Source: a virus. Taken from it: DNA of 64,000 nucleotides. The translations under genes and the position numbers were made by a program. The notes under the pieces are model-generated. The model was not told where the DNA came from. It saw nothing but the letters and a program-made list of their open reading frames with translations, and did no database searches. Where the stretch lies: IMG/VR virus record IMGVR_UViG_3300044970_001297, positions 28,789-92,788 of that record. One strand, written 5' to 3'. Below, one piece after another: positions 42,329 through 53,800 of this stretch. Within the stretch, counting starts at the first letter, position 1. Every line of letters begins with the position of its first letter.

Positions 42329-42585
42329 TGCTCATGGTTGGAAAACTTGGAGACTATGCTGGTGGATTCGTCAGCACTGGTGCATTCAGCGTATTGGTTA
42401 ATGATCGTCCTGCTGCAAGGATCGGAAGTGTAATCACACCACATGACTCCAATCCAGTCCATGAGGCGGTAATGCTCACGGGACTTCCCAGTGTGCTTGT
42501 TGAGGACATTCCCGTGAGCAGATCCTTGGATTTTGCGACATGTGGACACCCTCTTGTTGCCATCAGCAATGTGGAGGCTGGCTAA
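42328..42585 (+). CDS. PAAR spike tip protein (gp5.4-like)
   Basis: VLVNDRPAARIG, TPH, TCGH. Confidence 0.9.
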   Translation: MLMVGKLGDYAGGFVSTGAFSVLVNDRPAARIGSVITPHDSNPVHEAVMLTGLPSVLVEDIPVSRSLDFATCGHPLVAISNVEAG

Positions 42586-43574
42586 TGAGCAGTTATCCAA
42601 ACATCTTCGACGCTTCAAATTGCAGTCTGATATCTGGCTTGATCCCACCAGGAATCAAGAAGTTCATAAACGCATTCATGAATGGAAACCTACTTAGGAA
42701 TCCATTGGGGCAGATCACAGGGCTATTGGGTCAACAGATAGGTGATATGCTTGGAAGGCTTGATGTTCTGCAAGGCATTACCGAATTGGGCGACGATCTA
42801 CAGAAGTTGAATGACAATCTCACCAAATTGAATGCCGACTTGCAGAGATTCAAGCAACACACAGATATCTTGGCAGGAGTCATCAGAGATCCCGATGTTG
42901 GATATGCCACGCTTGATCAGATAATCGGCACCATGTCTGCATACAATTCCATGAAGGAAGTCCTTAAGGACCCTGGTGCTGTCCTTGAAGACAACTTTTC
43001 TAAGGCGTTTACCTCATTGAATCCAAGATTTGTCGGACCATTTTTCGAGAACTTCTCGGGAAACATGAATGAGGTCGAGAGACTCCTTGATGAGGTCAGT
43101 TATCAGATAACTTTGGGCGTAGATCCTGTAACTGGAGAGGAAACTTCCACCACTGGTATACTAGCCACGGCGGAAACATTGAGTGAGATAGGAAAACTCG
43201 CTGGAAACATAGGTCAACTTAGCGACACCATAGATGGTTTCATAAAAGGAGACAAGGCAACATATATCGCAGCAGCAGCGGCTCTTGCTGATTACGCGCT
43301 TGCCAACGGGTTGGTCGGAAGTATCCTATCGGATCCCTGCTTTGGTGGACAGGTTGTTATGAATCTCATAAGCACTGTTCAGGGAAGAGATGCACTTTCT
43401 GCTATTGCGCTTGAAAATGGAATCAATGTGAAAAACGACGCGGTGGATTTTGCTGGACTGGTGGCAAGTGCTGAGTACGATAGAGAACCATTGACAGAAC
43501 TAACTCCCACCACGGTGAATAATAGACCCCAACCCGAACCTGGTATTCCTGGTCTTCCTGGCTCTGGTGGATAG
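42585..43574 (+). CDS. Hypothetical alpha-helical virion protein
   Basis: Start trimmed to MSSYPN (TAATG overlap). Confidence 0.7.
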   Translation: MSSYPNIFDASNCSLISGLIPPGIKKFINAFMNGNLLRNPLGQITGLLGQQIGDMLGRLDVLQGITELGDDLQKLNDNLTKLNADLQRFKQHTDILAGVIRDPDVGYATLDQIIGTMSAYNSMKEVLKDPGAVLEDNFSKAFTSLNPRFVGPFFENFSGNMNEVERLLDEVSYQITLGVDPVTGEETSTTGILATAETLSEIGKLAGNIGQLSDTIDGFIKGDKATYIAAAAALADYALANGLVGSILSDPCFGGQVVMNLISTVQGRDALSAIALENGINVKNDAVDFAGLVASAEYDREPLTELTPTTVNNRPQPEPGIPGLPGSGG

Positions 43575-43656
43575 TGCTTTGGCACATTGAATATCCAAAG
43601 TGGAACATATTCATCATTTTGGTATATGATAAATATTTCCCTACTTTGGAGAACTC

Positions 43657-44295
43657 ATGGATACAGAGACATTACAAGGATGGGGTGAGGTGCTTGCTGG
43701 TGTTTTGGGCATTCTGACCGCTGGTATCGGGCTACTTGTAGCAGCGAAGCCCCTGTTTAGATACTTTAAGAAAAAGACAGCACTTAGGAAGGAAGAAACC
43801 TTCAACCATGTCAACATGCGGATATCTGACATGGTTAGCGAACTTCGAATGAAGACCAAAGCATCTAGGGTTTCCTTGACTCAGTTTCACAATGGGGGAA
43901 AGTTCGCAGACGGATCGTCAATGCGAAAGATGAGCATATCGCATCAGTCATGCGAACCGAAGACACCATCGACAATGCAGTTTCGACAGGATGTGCTTGT
44001 CAGTAGATTTGTAGAGATCATTCAACACCTCAGGGACAACAATCCATCGATACGAATGACCGACTCTCTCTTTGAGTCCAATACGAAGAAGTTCTGCGAA
44101 CTGCACGACATCATGGCTTTTAGCATACTGCCGCTCTTTTGCAGCGACAGTTTGGTAGTTTATGGATACATAACAATTGAGTGGTGTGAACTCAATATTC
44201 TTGACCATTTGGATGAACCAAGCGTCAAATCTGAGTTTGAATACTCCAGGGATCAAATATCGTTCCTGCTCAATTCGGGAAAAGACTATAGATGA
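43657..44295 (+). CDS. Single-TM protein with GAF-like domain; putative T-type holin
   Basis: N-terminal TM; ASRVSLTQFHNGG...KMSISHQ...YGYITIEW; ATAAATA upstream. Confidence 0.5.
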   Translation: MDTETLQGWGEVLAGVLGILTAGIGLLVAAKPLFRYFKKKTALRKEETFNHVNMRISDMVSELRMKTKASRVSLTQFHNGGKFADGSSMRKMSISHQSCEPKTPSTMQFRQDVLVSRFVEIIQHLRDNNPSIRMTDSLFESNTKKFCELHDIMAFSILPLFCSDSLVVYGYITIEWCELNILDHLDEPSVKSEFEYSRDQISFLLNSGKDYR

Positions 44296-44687
44296 ACAAG
44301 ATACGAAAAAACCTGTTCAAGGATCTTGATCTTGACTTTTCCCCGCATCCGATGACGGGTGATGTCCCACAGAAAAAGGACGAGGAGGCGGTTAAGCGAT
44401 CCATAAGAAACCTTGTCCTCATGAACAAGTACGACAAGCCGTTCAAGCCAGAGATAGACTCGCGACTGACAAGGCTCCTGTTTGAGCCAGCAACTCCCAT
44501 CACAGCGGTGATGTTGCGATCCAACATCATCGATCTTCTCAACAGATACGAGCCAAGAGCCAAGATAAACGATGTCATTGTCGTATTCAACGATGTGAAG
44601 AACATGTTTGAGGTAAGCATATCGTTCATGCTTATGAATACGAGGCAATCATCAAGGATGTTCCTAACCATAGAAAGGCTGAGATAA
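44292..44687 (+). CDS. gp25: Baseplate wedge subunit gp25
   Basis: FKDLDLDF, AVKRSIRNL, KPFKPEI, LLFE, RYEPR. Confidence 0.93.
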   Translation: MNKIRKNLFKDLDLDFSPHPMTGDVPQKKDEEAVKRSIRNLVLMNKYDKPFKPEIDSRLTRLLFEPATPITAVMLRSNIIDLLNRYEPRAKINDVIVVFNDVKNMFEVSISFMLMNTRQSSRMFLTIERLR

Positions 44688-46535
44688 ATGCCTAATCGCG
44701 CACTGACAACTCCAGTAACCAATCTGGATTTCGACTCCATAAAGAACAACCTCAAGACATATCTGTCTGATACGGAGGAGTTCAGCGATTTTGACTACGA
44801 GGGATCGGGAATCAATGTGCTTCTCGACCTACTTGCATACAACACCCATTACATGGCATTGTATACGAACATGCTTGCGTCCGAATCGTTCATCGATTCT
44901 GCTGTGCTGAGGAGATCTATTGTTTCCCTCGCCAAGAATCTTGGCTATGTCCCCAAGTCTAGGGTTTCTTCGACTGCAATCGTGGATGTTCAGTTTGGAA
45001 CCACGGCGGGTGTTCCATCCACGGTTCCACAAGGCACCAAGTTCTATGCCACGAAGGATGGCACGGACTTTACCTTCACGACAACCGAGGCATTCAGCAT
45101 AGACAAGAGCAGTGTTCCATACACGGCGACCGATGTAGAGATAAGGCAAGGTATCTACAAATCCGCTTCATTCATCTACAGCACCGATAGCAACTCCACG
45201 AAGTTTGAGATCCTTTCGGACAAGATAGATCGTTCACTCACAAAGATCTATGTGATGGCATCCCCATCGGATCTTACCAATGCGGACATTTCGTGGAAGG
45301 AAAACAGCAAGTTCATAGATCTGACTGCAACCAGCAAGGTCTATTTCATCAACGAGAACTATCGCGGAAACTATGAAGTTAGTTTTGGAGATGGCATCTT
45401 TGGAGCCAAGCCAGACGAGGGGAGTTTCATAACGATAGTCTACTTTGAGACAGACGGTCTGCTTGGAAACGACATCGGCAAGCGAGACACAGCGGATCTT
45501 CGCTCGTTTGAATTTGGCGGAATCGGTGGCGACGATTTCAATTCTGTAGTGACAACCACAACGCCTTCATATGGCGGTGGAGACAGGGATTCAAGCGAGA
45601 AGGTAAGATACACAGCCCCCAAGTTCTATCAGGCTCAGGATAGGGCTGTGACGGTCAACGACTTCGAATCAATAATCCTCAGCGAGTATTCCGCAGCGGA
45701 TGCTGTGCGAGTTTGGGGAGGAGAGGAGAACGATCCACCGATGCACGGCAAGGTGTTCGTCTCCATACTGCCAAAGAACACGGCATTGTTGAGTGACAAG
45801 CAAAAGGAAGCGGTCAAGCGGGACATACTCGACAAGAAGAAGATAGTTTCCGTCACTCCAGAGTTGGTAGACCCAGACTATACATTCATAAATGTGAATT
45901 GTCGGGTAACATATGATTCGGGCAGGGCATTCGTATCCGAGCCAGATATGCGTCAGATGGTGTCACTTGCCATCAGAAACTACTTCAATCTGTATCTTGG
46001 AAAGTTCAATGGGCCATTCAGATACTCTTCGTTGTCTAGATTGATTGACTTGTCGAGCAACAGCGTGGTTAGCAATAGAATAGACACTACGATTTACAAG
46101 AAGATAATCCCAACCCTTTCATCCGCAGGAAACTACACACTTGACTTCGGGATCCCGATCAACCACCCATATGATGGCTATGACCTGAGCATCGTCAAGA
46201 CATCCGTGTTCAAGCACAAGGACATCAAGGGAAACATCAAGAACTGCTTCATAGAGGACAATGGGCGAGGCAGACTCACGATGTACACATACAATGGATT
46301 GAAGAAGGTCATTGTCAAGGACAAGTTGGGAACAATCGACTATGCTACTGGAAAGGTTTCGATGGTTGGATTCAATCCCGTTGGAACAGGAGAACTTGCA
46401 TACATCGTGTTTGAGGTCACGCCAGATCAGAGGTTCGACATAATCCCAAAGAGAAATCAGGTTCTCACACTGGATCCAAATGCAGCGAACCCAATACGGG
46501 TGAACTTCATTGACACTGCCGTTGGAAACTACTGA
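44688..46535 (+). CDS. gp6: Baseplate wedge subunit gp6
   Basis: LDFDSIKNNLK, DFDYEGSG, LLDLLAYNTHY, FGDGIFG, QDRAVT, VWGGEEN. Confidence 0.95.
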   Translation: MPNRALTTPVTNLDFDSIKNNLKTYLSDTEEFSDFDYEGSGINVLLDLLAYNTHYMALYTNMLASESFIDSAVLRRSIVSLAKNLGYVPKSRVSSTAIVDVQFGTTAGVPSTVPQGTKFYATKDGTDFTFTTTEAFSIDKSSVPYTATDVEIRQGIYKSASFIYSTDSNSTKFEILSDKIDRSLTKIYVMASPSDLTNADISWKENSKFIDLTATSKVYFINENYRGNYEVSFGDGIFGAKPDEGSFITIVYFETDGLLGNDIGKRDTADLRSFEFGGIGGDDFNSVVTTTTPSYGGGDRDSSEKVRYTAPKFYQAQDRAVTVNDFESIILSEYSAADAVRVWGGEENDPPMHGKVFVSILPKNTALLSDKQKEAVKRDILDKKKIVSVTPELVDPDYTFINVNCRVTYDSGRAFVSEPDMRQMVSLAIRNYFNLYLGKFNGPFRYSSLSRLIDLSSNSVVSNRIDTTIYKKIIPTLSSAGNYTLDFGIPINHPYDGYDLSIVKTSVFKHKDIKGNIKNCFIEDNGRGRLTMYTYNGLKKVIVKDKLGTIDYATGKVSMVGFNPVGTGELAYIVFEVTPDQRFDIIPKRNQVLTLDPNAANPIRVNFIDTAVGNY

Positions 46536-48532
46536 TGAATACCGTACCTCTTCTATTCAATGGCACAGCAGCCACTCCACCCGCAACGCTCGCGTTGTCG
46601 GAGGAATCACCAAGGATACTAAAGAGGTTTGGGCCAAGCAACCTGATAGTCGATCAGGTGCCAGATTTCATAAACAGGGATCATACCACATTCCGTGCAT
46701 TTGTCGAAGCGTACTACGAATGGATGGAACGAGTCGAGAACCCATTTGGAATAATCGATAGTTTCACCGAACTGACGGATGTTGATCGTTCCCTTGGAAT
46801 ATTCTTTCTGGATTTCAGGGAGACATATCTCAAGAACTTTCCATACCAACTCGCGCGCGATTCGAATGGGAACATCGTCAGCGAAGCGAACTTCATAAAG
46901 AACATTCGCGAGTTCTACAGGTCGAAGGGAACTGAGAAGGCATACAAGTTCCTGTTCAGACTCATATACAACGCCGTCGCGGAAGTCTACTATCCATCGA
47001 AGGACATACTGCGAACATCCGATGGCAAGTGGACGGAGCCTGTATCGATAAAGACCACAAGCAATGGCGGCACAGGAAACTATGCGATTGAGGGAAGTCA
47101 GGTTTATCAACTTGATCCCATCAGCGGAGAAGTGATAGGATCCGCCGTGGTTAAGCAAGTCGTTCAATATAGGAAGAACTACTACGACATAACCGAGATA
47201 TATCTCAGGGATCTCATCGGTGATTTCCTCCCAAACAGGGAAGTGAAGTCCACAACCCTTGGATTCAGCGAGACGATATATCCAGTCGTGACACAGGTGG
47301 ACATATTGTCAAGTGGTCGCAACTATTCAGCCACCGATTCACTTGTAGTCACCAATACGGGGAATGGAATCGGTCTGTCCGTCGCCATTGAAACCATAAA
47401 CGAACGCGGACAGATAACGGCAATAAAGGTCATAGACTCTGGAATAGGCTACGAGCAGAACAAGGTAAATGTCACTGCCTCGACAAACAGCGGCGATGGA
47501 AACCTAAGCACAAGGGTGATTGTCGGTGGAGTCAGTCGCTATCCAGGATTCTATTCTGGCAATGATGGAAGGTTGAGTTCCAACAAGAGGATATTCGACG
47601 GGACATACTATCAGGACTTCTCATATGTCCTCAGGTGCGAGGTCGCCTTCAAGGAATATGCGGAGACCTACAAGAAACTGATACACCCAGCGGGATTCAA
47701 GATGTTCGGTGAGGTCTTGATCAAGCGGAACATAATAGACTCCCTTCCATTCCATTCCGAGTTTCAGCGATACGAGATTCCGTACATCGGACACTACACC
47801 CCATATAGGATGGGTACTACAGCGGATCTGTACTATGTGTATCCAAATGGATTCAATCCAAGGGGAAACACATTCAGTTCGTATCAGAACTACGGGTCTA
47901 GTGGTGGTAAACTGATACTCACTCCTATTGGATTCACATTCTCTCCTGGCATGACATGGGCAAGCATAGCCGCGATTGGTTCCAGCGGAAATGCGATTGT
48001 CGCCAATCTATTTGAGTTTGCCTACATGGGAGCCACACAGGCTGCTTTCTACCTCAAAAGCATAGACTTCAATCTATTGGATCCAACATCCGTCACTGGT
48101 GGTGGATTTGTGGAGGGAAGCACTGTATCGCTTGTCGGGGGAAGTGGAAACACCGCCTCACTTCAAATGATACGCTTCGGACTTGGAATAGTTCCAGAAA
48201 CTGGCGGATACACCCACAACGCGCAGGGCGCACCGCTTGGCAGCAGCCTTGGATTTGAGGGATACATAGAAGCACAGGGATTTAGTTATTCATATTGGGA
48301 AGTGTATCATCACCCGAATGTCAGGGGAACCGTGGGATATTCAAGCATATGGAGCGGTGGAACTGGTCAAGGTGCTTCTTTTGGAGATGCCAACATCGGA
48401 AGATTCTTCAAGATGCCAATAGGATATCATTTCCATTCAAATCCTGCTGGAACTCCATACGCTGGAACAACAGGCGCAAACAACGAGTATGGTCTGATTG
48501 AATCAACATCACTAGCATCACCGAACTTCTAA
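46535..48532 (+). CDS. gp7: Baseplate wedge initiator gp7-like
   Basis: QVPDFI, FVEAYYEW, FYRSKGT, SDGKW, YYQDFSYV, HPAGFKMFGE. Confidence 0.85.
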   Translation: MNTVPLLFNGTAATPPATLALSEESPRILKRFGPSNLIVDQVPDFINRDHTTFRAFVEAYYEWMERVENPFGIIDSFTELTDVDRSLGIFFLDFRETYLKNFPYQLARDSNGNIVSEANFIKNIREFYRSKGTEKAYKFLFRLIYNAVAEVYYPSKDILRTSDGKWTEPVSIKTTSNGGTGNYAIEGSQVYQLDPISGEVIGSAVVKQVVQYRKNYYDITEIYLRDLIGDFLPNREVKSTTLGFSETIYPVVTQVDILSSGRNYSATDSLVVTNTGNGIGLSVAIETINERGQITAIKVIDSGIGYEQNKVNVTASTNSGDGNLSTRVIVGGVSRYPGFYSGNDGRLSSNKRIFDGTYYQDFSYVLRCEVAFKEYAETYKKLIHPAGFKMFGEVLIKRNIIDSLPFHSEFQRYEIPYIGHYTPYRMGTTADLYYVYPNGFNPRGNTFSSYQNYGSSGGKLILTPIGFTFSPGMTWASIAAIGSSGNAIVANLFEFAYMGATQAAFYLKSIDFNLLDPTSVTGGGFVEGSTVSLVGGSGNTASLQMIRFGLGIVPETGGYTHNAQGAPLGSSLGFEGYIEAQGFSYSYWEVYHHPNVRGTVGYSSIWSGGTGQGASFGDANIGRFFKMPIGYHFHSNPAGTPYAGTTGANNEYGLIESTSLASPNF

Positions 48533-48533
48533 A

Positions 48534-50831
48534 ATGGCAAACAACGCTCTAAAAAACCTCCTGAAGACAGATCTCGTAGACAACATAAAGTCCGAGATAT
48601 CCAACAGCAACTACTACTATCTGTTTGTCGGAAGATCGACTCCATATAGCGATGACGCAGCAACTGCTACTGTGGAGAGCGACACCAATCCACCCTCCGT
48701 GGGCGAGTCGTCAAGAAATCAATACGACTGCTACCGCAACATGCTGCTTGCAAAGAGGATACGATCAGAGCATATACGGTTCATCGTCCCAAAGATAGAT
48801 TGGACATATGGAACCGCATACACTGCGTATTCCGAGACCACCGACATGTCTGGAGAGGATTTCTATGTCGTTACCACGGAATACAATGTCTACAAGTGCA
48901 TGGGTGCGAATGGACTCTCGACCATAATGCCAACGGGTCGATCCACGGACATCATAAGTTTGTCCGATGGATATCGTTGGAAGTACATCTACACGGTTCC
49001 TGAGAACGACATAGAATATATCACCCTTGAGTACATTCCCATATTCGTATCACTTGGCGAGTATCCCGAGCAGAGGGAGGTTCAGAATACCACCAAGGCT
49101 GGAACCATAGATACCGTTTCCATCAACGCGACACTAAGTCCAACCTTCTCCAAGATATTTGCAAACAACAGGGCAATAAGCAATATTTACAAGCCGACTA
49201 TCTCATCGGAACTTGGGATCACAGTAAATGCCGCTGGTTCTACATACATCTCATTCTCTCCAGTTGGCGAGGATGCCGATCCATCCAACGACTATTGGAA
49301 CAACTACGCGATCTATGTCAGCGAAGGACCAGGTGTCGGGCAATACTTCAGGATACTTGATTTCGTCAAGGGTGGTTCTGGAATAAGTTACTACTATGCG
49401 AATGTGTATCCTGCAATTGACCGTGAACTCACGGAAAGCAGCATATTCAAGATTGTTCCCAATGTGGTTGTAGATGGAGACGGTTCGGAGGCAATCGTCA
49501 TTCCAACCACCACTTTCGAGAAGAAGATATCTGCCCTGTCGATTGTCAATGGAGGAAAGAACTACACATACGCAAAGCCAAGGGTGACAACTGAAAGCGG
49601 AAGCGTCGATATTGGAGCGCAGATCACGCTTCTGAACAACTCTATATCAACAAGCCTCTCCACCCCGAAGGGTCATGGATACAACGCTGTCAAGGAACTT
49701 GGCGCATCCAACATAATGATCGTGGTCGAGATAGAGGGAACGCAGAACGACAAGATAACTACTCGCAACGAGTATCGTCAGTTTGGACTCATCAAGAATC
49801 CATTCCTTTACGGTGGCTCAACTCTTGCTGGCTACGATGGGGCGAACATTTCGGAAATGCTAATAAAGAAGCAGCCAGGAAAGGATCCATACACAGCCGA
49901 GTCGTTCATTGCGGGAAATTACATAGTTGGCAAGGAAACAAAGGCAACGGCAAAGGTTGTTGATTGGCAAACGACTCCAGGTTCAAAGTTCCACAAGTTG
50001 TTCGTGACCAATATAGTCGGTGACTTCAGGTTGTCCGAGGATGCATCGGATAGCGTCAGGGTCTACTACGCAAGTGGGTTCTCTGCTGCCTTTGCCACAG
50101 GGGATACAGTCAATCAATATGTCGGAACCATAGGCGTGACTCTTTCCGCATCGGGAACCATAACATCATATGACTATTACGACAAGAGCATATTGATAGA
50201 CACGACTTTGGGATCTTTTGCCAGTGGAAAGACCATGACCTTCTCTGGTGGCTATACCCTCAGTGGAGCGGACATCGTGGAGGTTGACGAGGAGTTCGGT
50301 GAGTACATAAGTCAGATTGAATTTGGATCAACTGGTGGAAGCGAAGTTCTCACCTTTGGTGGGGACGAAATATTCGGGCGAATCGCCTCAACAGCATTCT
50401 CTCCAAAGCAGACTGTTGATTTCGGTGAATATGACCTTACAACAAAACTTACCATTTCCGATACCAATCCACTGACAGATGGATCTATTGCAAGTTCTTC
50501 GGCGTTTGACGGAACCTTGTCGCAGACCGATTCGATCACCTTGAAGAAAGTCACTGCGGACATCATCGACTTCAAGGTGAATGGTGGCTTGGGGTTCACT
50601 GGCATTGCGACTCTTTCCAATGTCAAGGGAACATTCAACACAACTGATCGGCTGAAGTTCACCCCCTATGGTTCAACAGCCGAAACCACTCTGACAACAA
50701 CGACTGTGACCAGCATACAGCCACCAGAACTGACGATAGGATCGGGAGATTTGTTATACATAGAAAATGTACGCCCGATTGAAAGAAATTTGGAGCAACT
50801 GGAACAATTCAAGATTGTTATCGGTTTCTAG
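48534..50831 (+). CDS. gp8: Baseplate wedge subunit gp8-like
   Basis: FYVVTTEYNVYKC, DGYRWKYIY, GHG.NAVKELG, YRQFGLIKNP, SGDLLYIENVRPI. Confidence 0.88.
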   Translation: MANNALKNLLKTDLVDNIKSEISNSNYYYLFVGRSTPYSDDAATATVESDTNPPSVGESSRNQYDCYRNMLLAKRIRSEHIRFIVPKIDWTYGTAYTAYSETTDMSGEDFYVVTTEYNVYKCMGANGLSTIMPTGRSTDIISLSDGYRWKYIYTVPENDIEYITLEYIPIFVSLGEYPEQREVQNTTKAGTIDTVSINATLSPTFSKIFANNRAISNIYKPTISSELGITVNAAGSTYISFSPVGEDADPSNDYWNNYAIYVSEGPGVGQYFRILDFVKGGSGISYYYANVYPAIDRELTESSIFKIVPNVVVDGDGSEAIVIPTTTFEKKISALSIVNGGKNYTYAKPRVTTESGSVDIGAQITLLNNSISTSLSTPKGHGYNAVKELGASNIMIVVEIEGTQNDKITTRNEYRQFGLIKNPFLYGGSTLAGYDGANISEMLIKKQPGKDPYTAESFIAGNYIVGKETKATAKVVDWQTTPGSKFHKLFVTNIVGDFRLSEDASDSVRVYYASGFSAAFATGDTVNQYVGTIGVTLSASGTITSYDYYDKSILIDTTLGSFASGKTMTFSGGYTLSGADIVEVDEEFGEYISQIEFGSTGGSEVLTFGGDEIFGRIASTAFSPKQTVDFGEYDLTTKLTISDTNPLTDGSIASSSAFDGTLSQTDSITLKKVTADIIDFKVNGGLGFTGIATLSNVKGTFNTTDRLKFTPYGSTAETTLTTTTVTSIQPPELTIGSGDLLYIENVRPIERNLEQLEQFKIVIGF

Positions 50832-50842
50832 GAGCAAAGTAG

Positions 50843-53800
50843 ATGCCTTCTCACGATTTAGAACTTTTCAATGTAACTCCGTACTATGATGATTTCAATG
50901 AGGATAAGAGATTTCTACGGATGTTGTTCCGCCCAGGGTATGCTGTTCAGTCAAGAGAACTGACGCAACTACAGACACTGCTCCAAAATCAAATCGGGAT
51001 ATTTGGTGATCACATCTTCAAGGACGGAAGCGTCGTAATCGGTGGACAGATCACCACACAGACCCTCAATTTCGTTCGCCTCAGACCACAATCCCTGCAA
51101 ACTGCCACAACTCCGGTGGCAAAGACGCTGACATCGGATGAAGTTGTCGGTTACAACATCATTCAAAGGGATGTCGATGACAACATAATTGCTAAGGCGA
51201 AGGTGATAAGCCTTCTTCCTTCCTACAGTGCTGCCGATGACTATGCTGTGGCTATCGTCAGTTACATGTCTGGCAACGAGTTTACCGCTGGTGCAACCGT
51301 GGAGTTCGATACTCCAAATCTTCTATACGCTGCAATAGCCACAGATTCATCGACGGTTCCTTTCAAGGGTGATTGCCGAACAGTTGCAGTTGCCGAGGGT
51401 ATCTTCTACATCAATGGATTCTTTGTAAAGACAAACAACCAACTTCAGCCAGCATACGCGATAACGGATGAGATACGGCAGTTTGCCAATCCAACTGGTT
51501 CGATGGGACTGAATGTCAAGTCAACGATAGTCTCCGAGCGCGATGACTTTACGCTGCGGGATCCAGCCAACGGAAGTTACAACTACAATGCTCCTGGATC
51601 ACATCGTTATAGAATAGATCTTGAACTCATATTCACTGGCGTTTCCGATCAAACCAATTTCTTCGAACTAGTCAGATACGATGCTGGCGAAGTTGTGAAG
51701 AAGTTCGACAATTCTCAGTATCCAGAACTTGTCAAGATGTTTGCTCAGAAGAACTACGAGCAAACTGGAAATTACATTGTCAAGCCATTCTCCATCACCA
51801 TGAAGGAGAAGGACGCCACCACTCTGTATGCCGAGATCGGAACTGGAAAGGCTTATGTCTATGGACATGAGTACGAGTCTGCGTTCAAGGATCAGGTTGA
51901 GATTCCAAAAGCCAGGGAAGTTGGGGAATTCGAAGAGATTGAAGCACAAAATCGATTCGACAACTATGTCGTTGGAAAGTACAAGACACAACTTGGATTT
52001 GGTTACGCGGATAATCCTGGACGAGCGCAGTATCATACAGATCTATCGTTTTTATTCTATGGAATCGATGAGCAAGGAAATCCAGGAAATAGACCAATCC
52101 TTGTATACGGAACAACTGGCGCACCACTGACAACGACACATTATATTTCAAATGGATTTTCTGGTGCGGTATTCACGGCTTTAATGCACAAATTGGAACT
52201 TGGCTCCTCAGGAAATCAAGGAAATCATAGTCTGTTTCCCATAGGACAAAATGGTGCTGCTTATGGTCTGGAGATGAAGGCGTACCTTTCAAACATCAGT
52301 GTTTTAAGAGAGCCAACAACATCTGCACCAAATGCAAAACTAAATCTGTACAGTATAAATCAAAAAACTGGCGAATCAAGCAGAGTATTGTTTGATTTGG
52401 ACACTCTGCGGGATGTTGTCCCAGAGAGCAACAGCCTATTGCCGAAGTTCAATAATTTTGCAAATCAAAAGTTGTTGTTTCCGTTGAACGGAGATGTTCC
52501 GACCACTCTGATCAAAGACAACGACAAGATATCATATACACACACCGTCTATCGGTCATTTTCTGTAATCGATGGTGTGAATGAGCAACCAGCAATCGTA
52601 GTTGATCTTAATGATAGTTCATATAGTTGGTGTAATCAATATGGCAATGTGCCAGAAGCAAACAATGAGATAGTACTGACCAAGGGCGACGGGTACTATC
52701 TCATGTGGCAAGGCTCATCGAATGCATCTGCATCACAGGGAAATGCTTCTTATCCCCATCAAGGTGAAATACTGAGAATAGTTGAACCAGGAGTTCCAAA
52801 TGTCTCTGTAAATGCTGGCCCAAACAACAATTTCATTGTCGAATTCCCAACGGCAAAGATAACGGTGAACGGCAACGCCATTCAGTTCACCAAACCACTA
52901 TTTCCTGGTCAATGGGTTCTTGTTGGACGGGTTCGTGCCAAAAATCAAGTTCCAAGCAGCACTTCATATAACAAGATACGAATCAAGACTCTTCAGACGG
53001 GTGCTACGGAGACTATTTCCTCTGGATTGCAGACGAGTAAGCGGGTAATAAACGAATCACAATCATATGCCAACAATGTTGGAATATTCTCTTTGTATTT
53101 CCTTCTCGACAAGGCAGATGTCTTCAAAATCGACAGGGTCATTGACCTAACAGATGGTAATAGCGGAAATGACATCTCCTATAAGTTCGAATTTGATTCT
53201 GGTCAACGAGACAGCGTCTACGGATTGGGTAGGCTATATGTGAAGTCTAAGTATATCGGAGACTTCACAAGTTCTACTCCATTAGAAGAACCAACATACA
53301 ACTTCCGCGTTGAATATTCATATTTTACACACAGCGGATATGGTCCATTCGTGAAGGAATCCTATGCCAATTCTGGTGTATCATACGAAAACATCCCTGT
53401 GTTCAGCGATCCAAAAACTGGTGAGTCTATAAATCTAGTCAACGCAATCGATTTCCGTCCAGTTGAAACAATAATCGGATACAGACAACGCGGGGTGACG
53501 GGAAGTTTTTCCGCTGATGCATCAGCAGGATCGAACAATATCCCCGTTCTTGCATACGAAGGTGGATTCATTCCAGACAACTACTCCATCAAGAGCGATT
53601 ACACGGCATACTTGCCAAGAATCGACAAGATAGTGGTTTCCAAGAACATCTCTGCGGATGAAGAGAACACCACGATCAGGCGCATTCCTGGAATCGCCAG
53701 TGATTCTCCGCAGATACCAGAGGATCTAAACGAGTCGATGACTATTTCGATTCTCAGCATTCCTGCATATACTTACAATCCAGACGATGTGAAGACAAAC

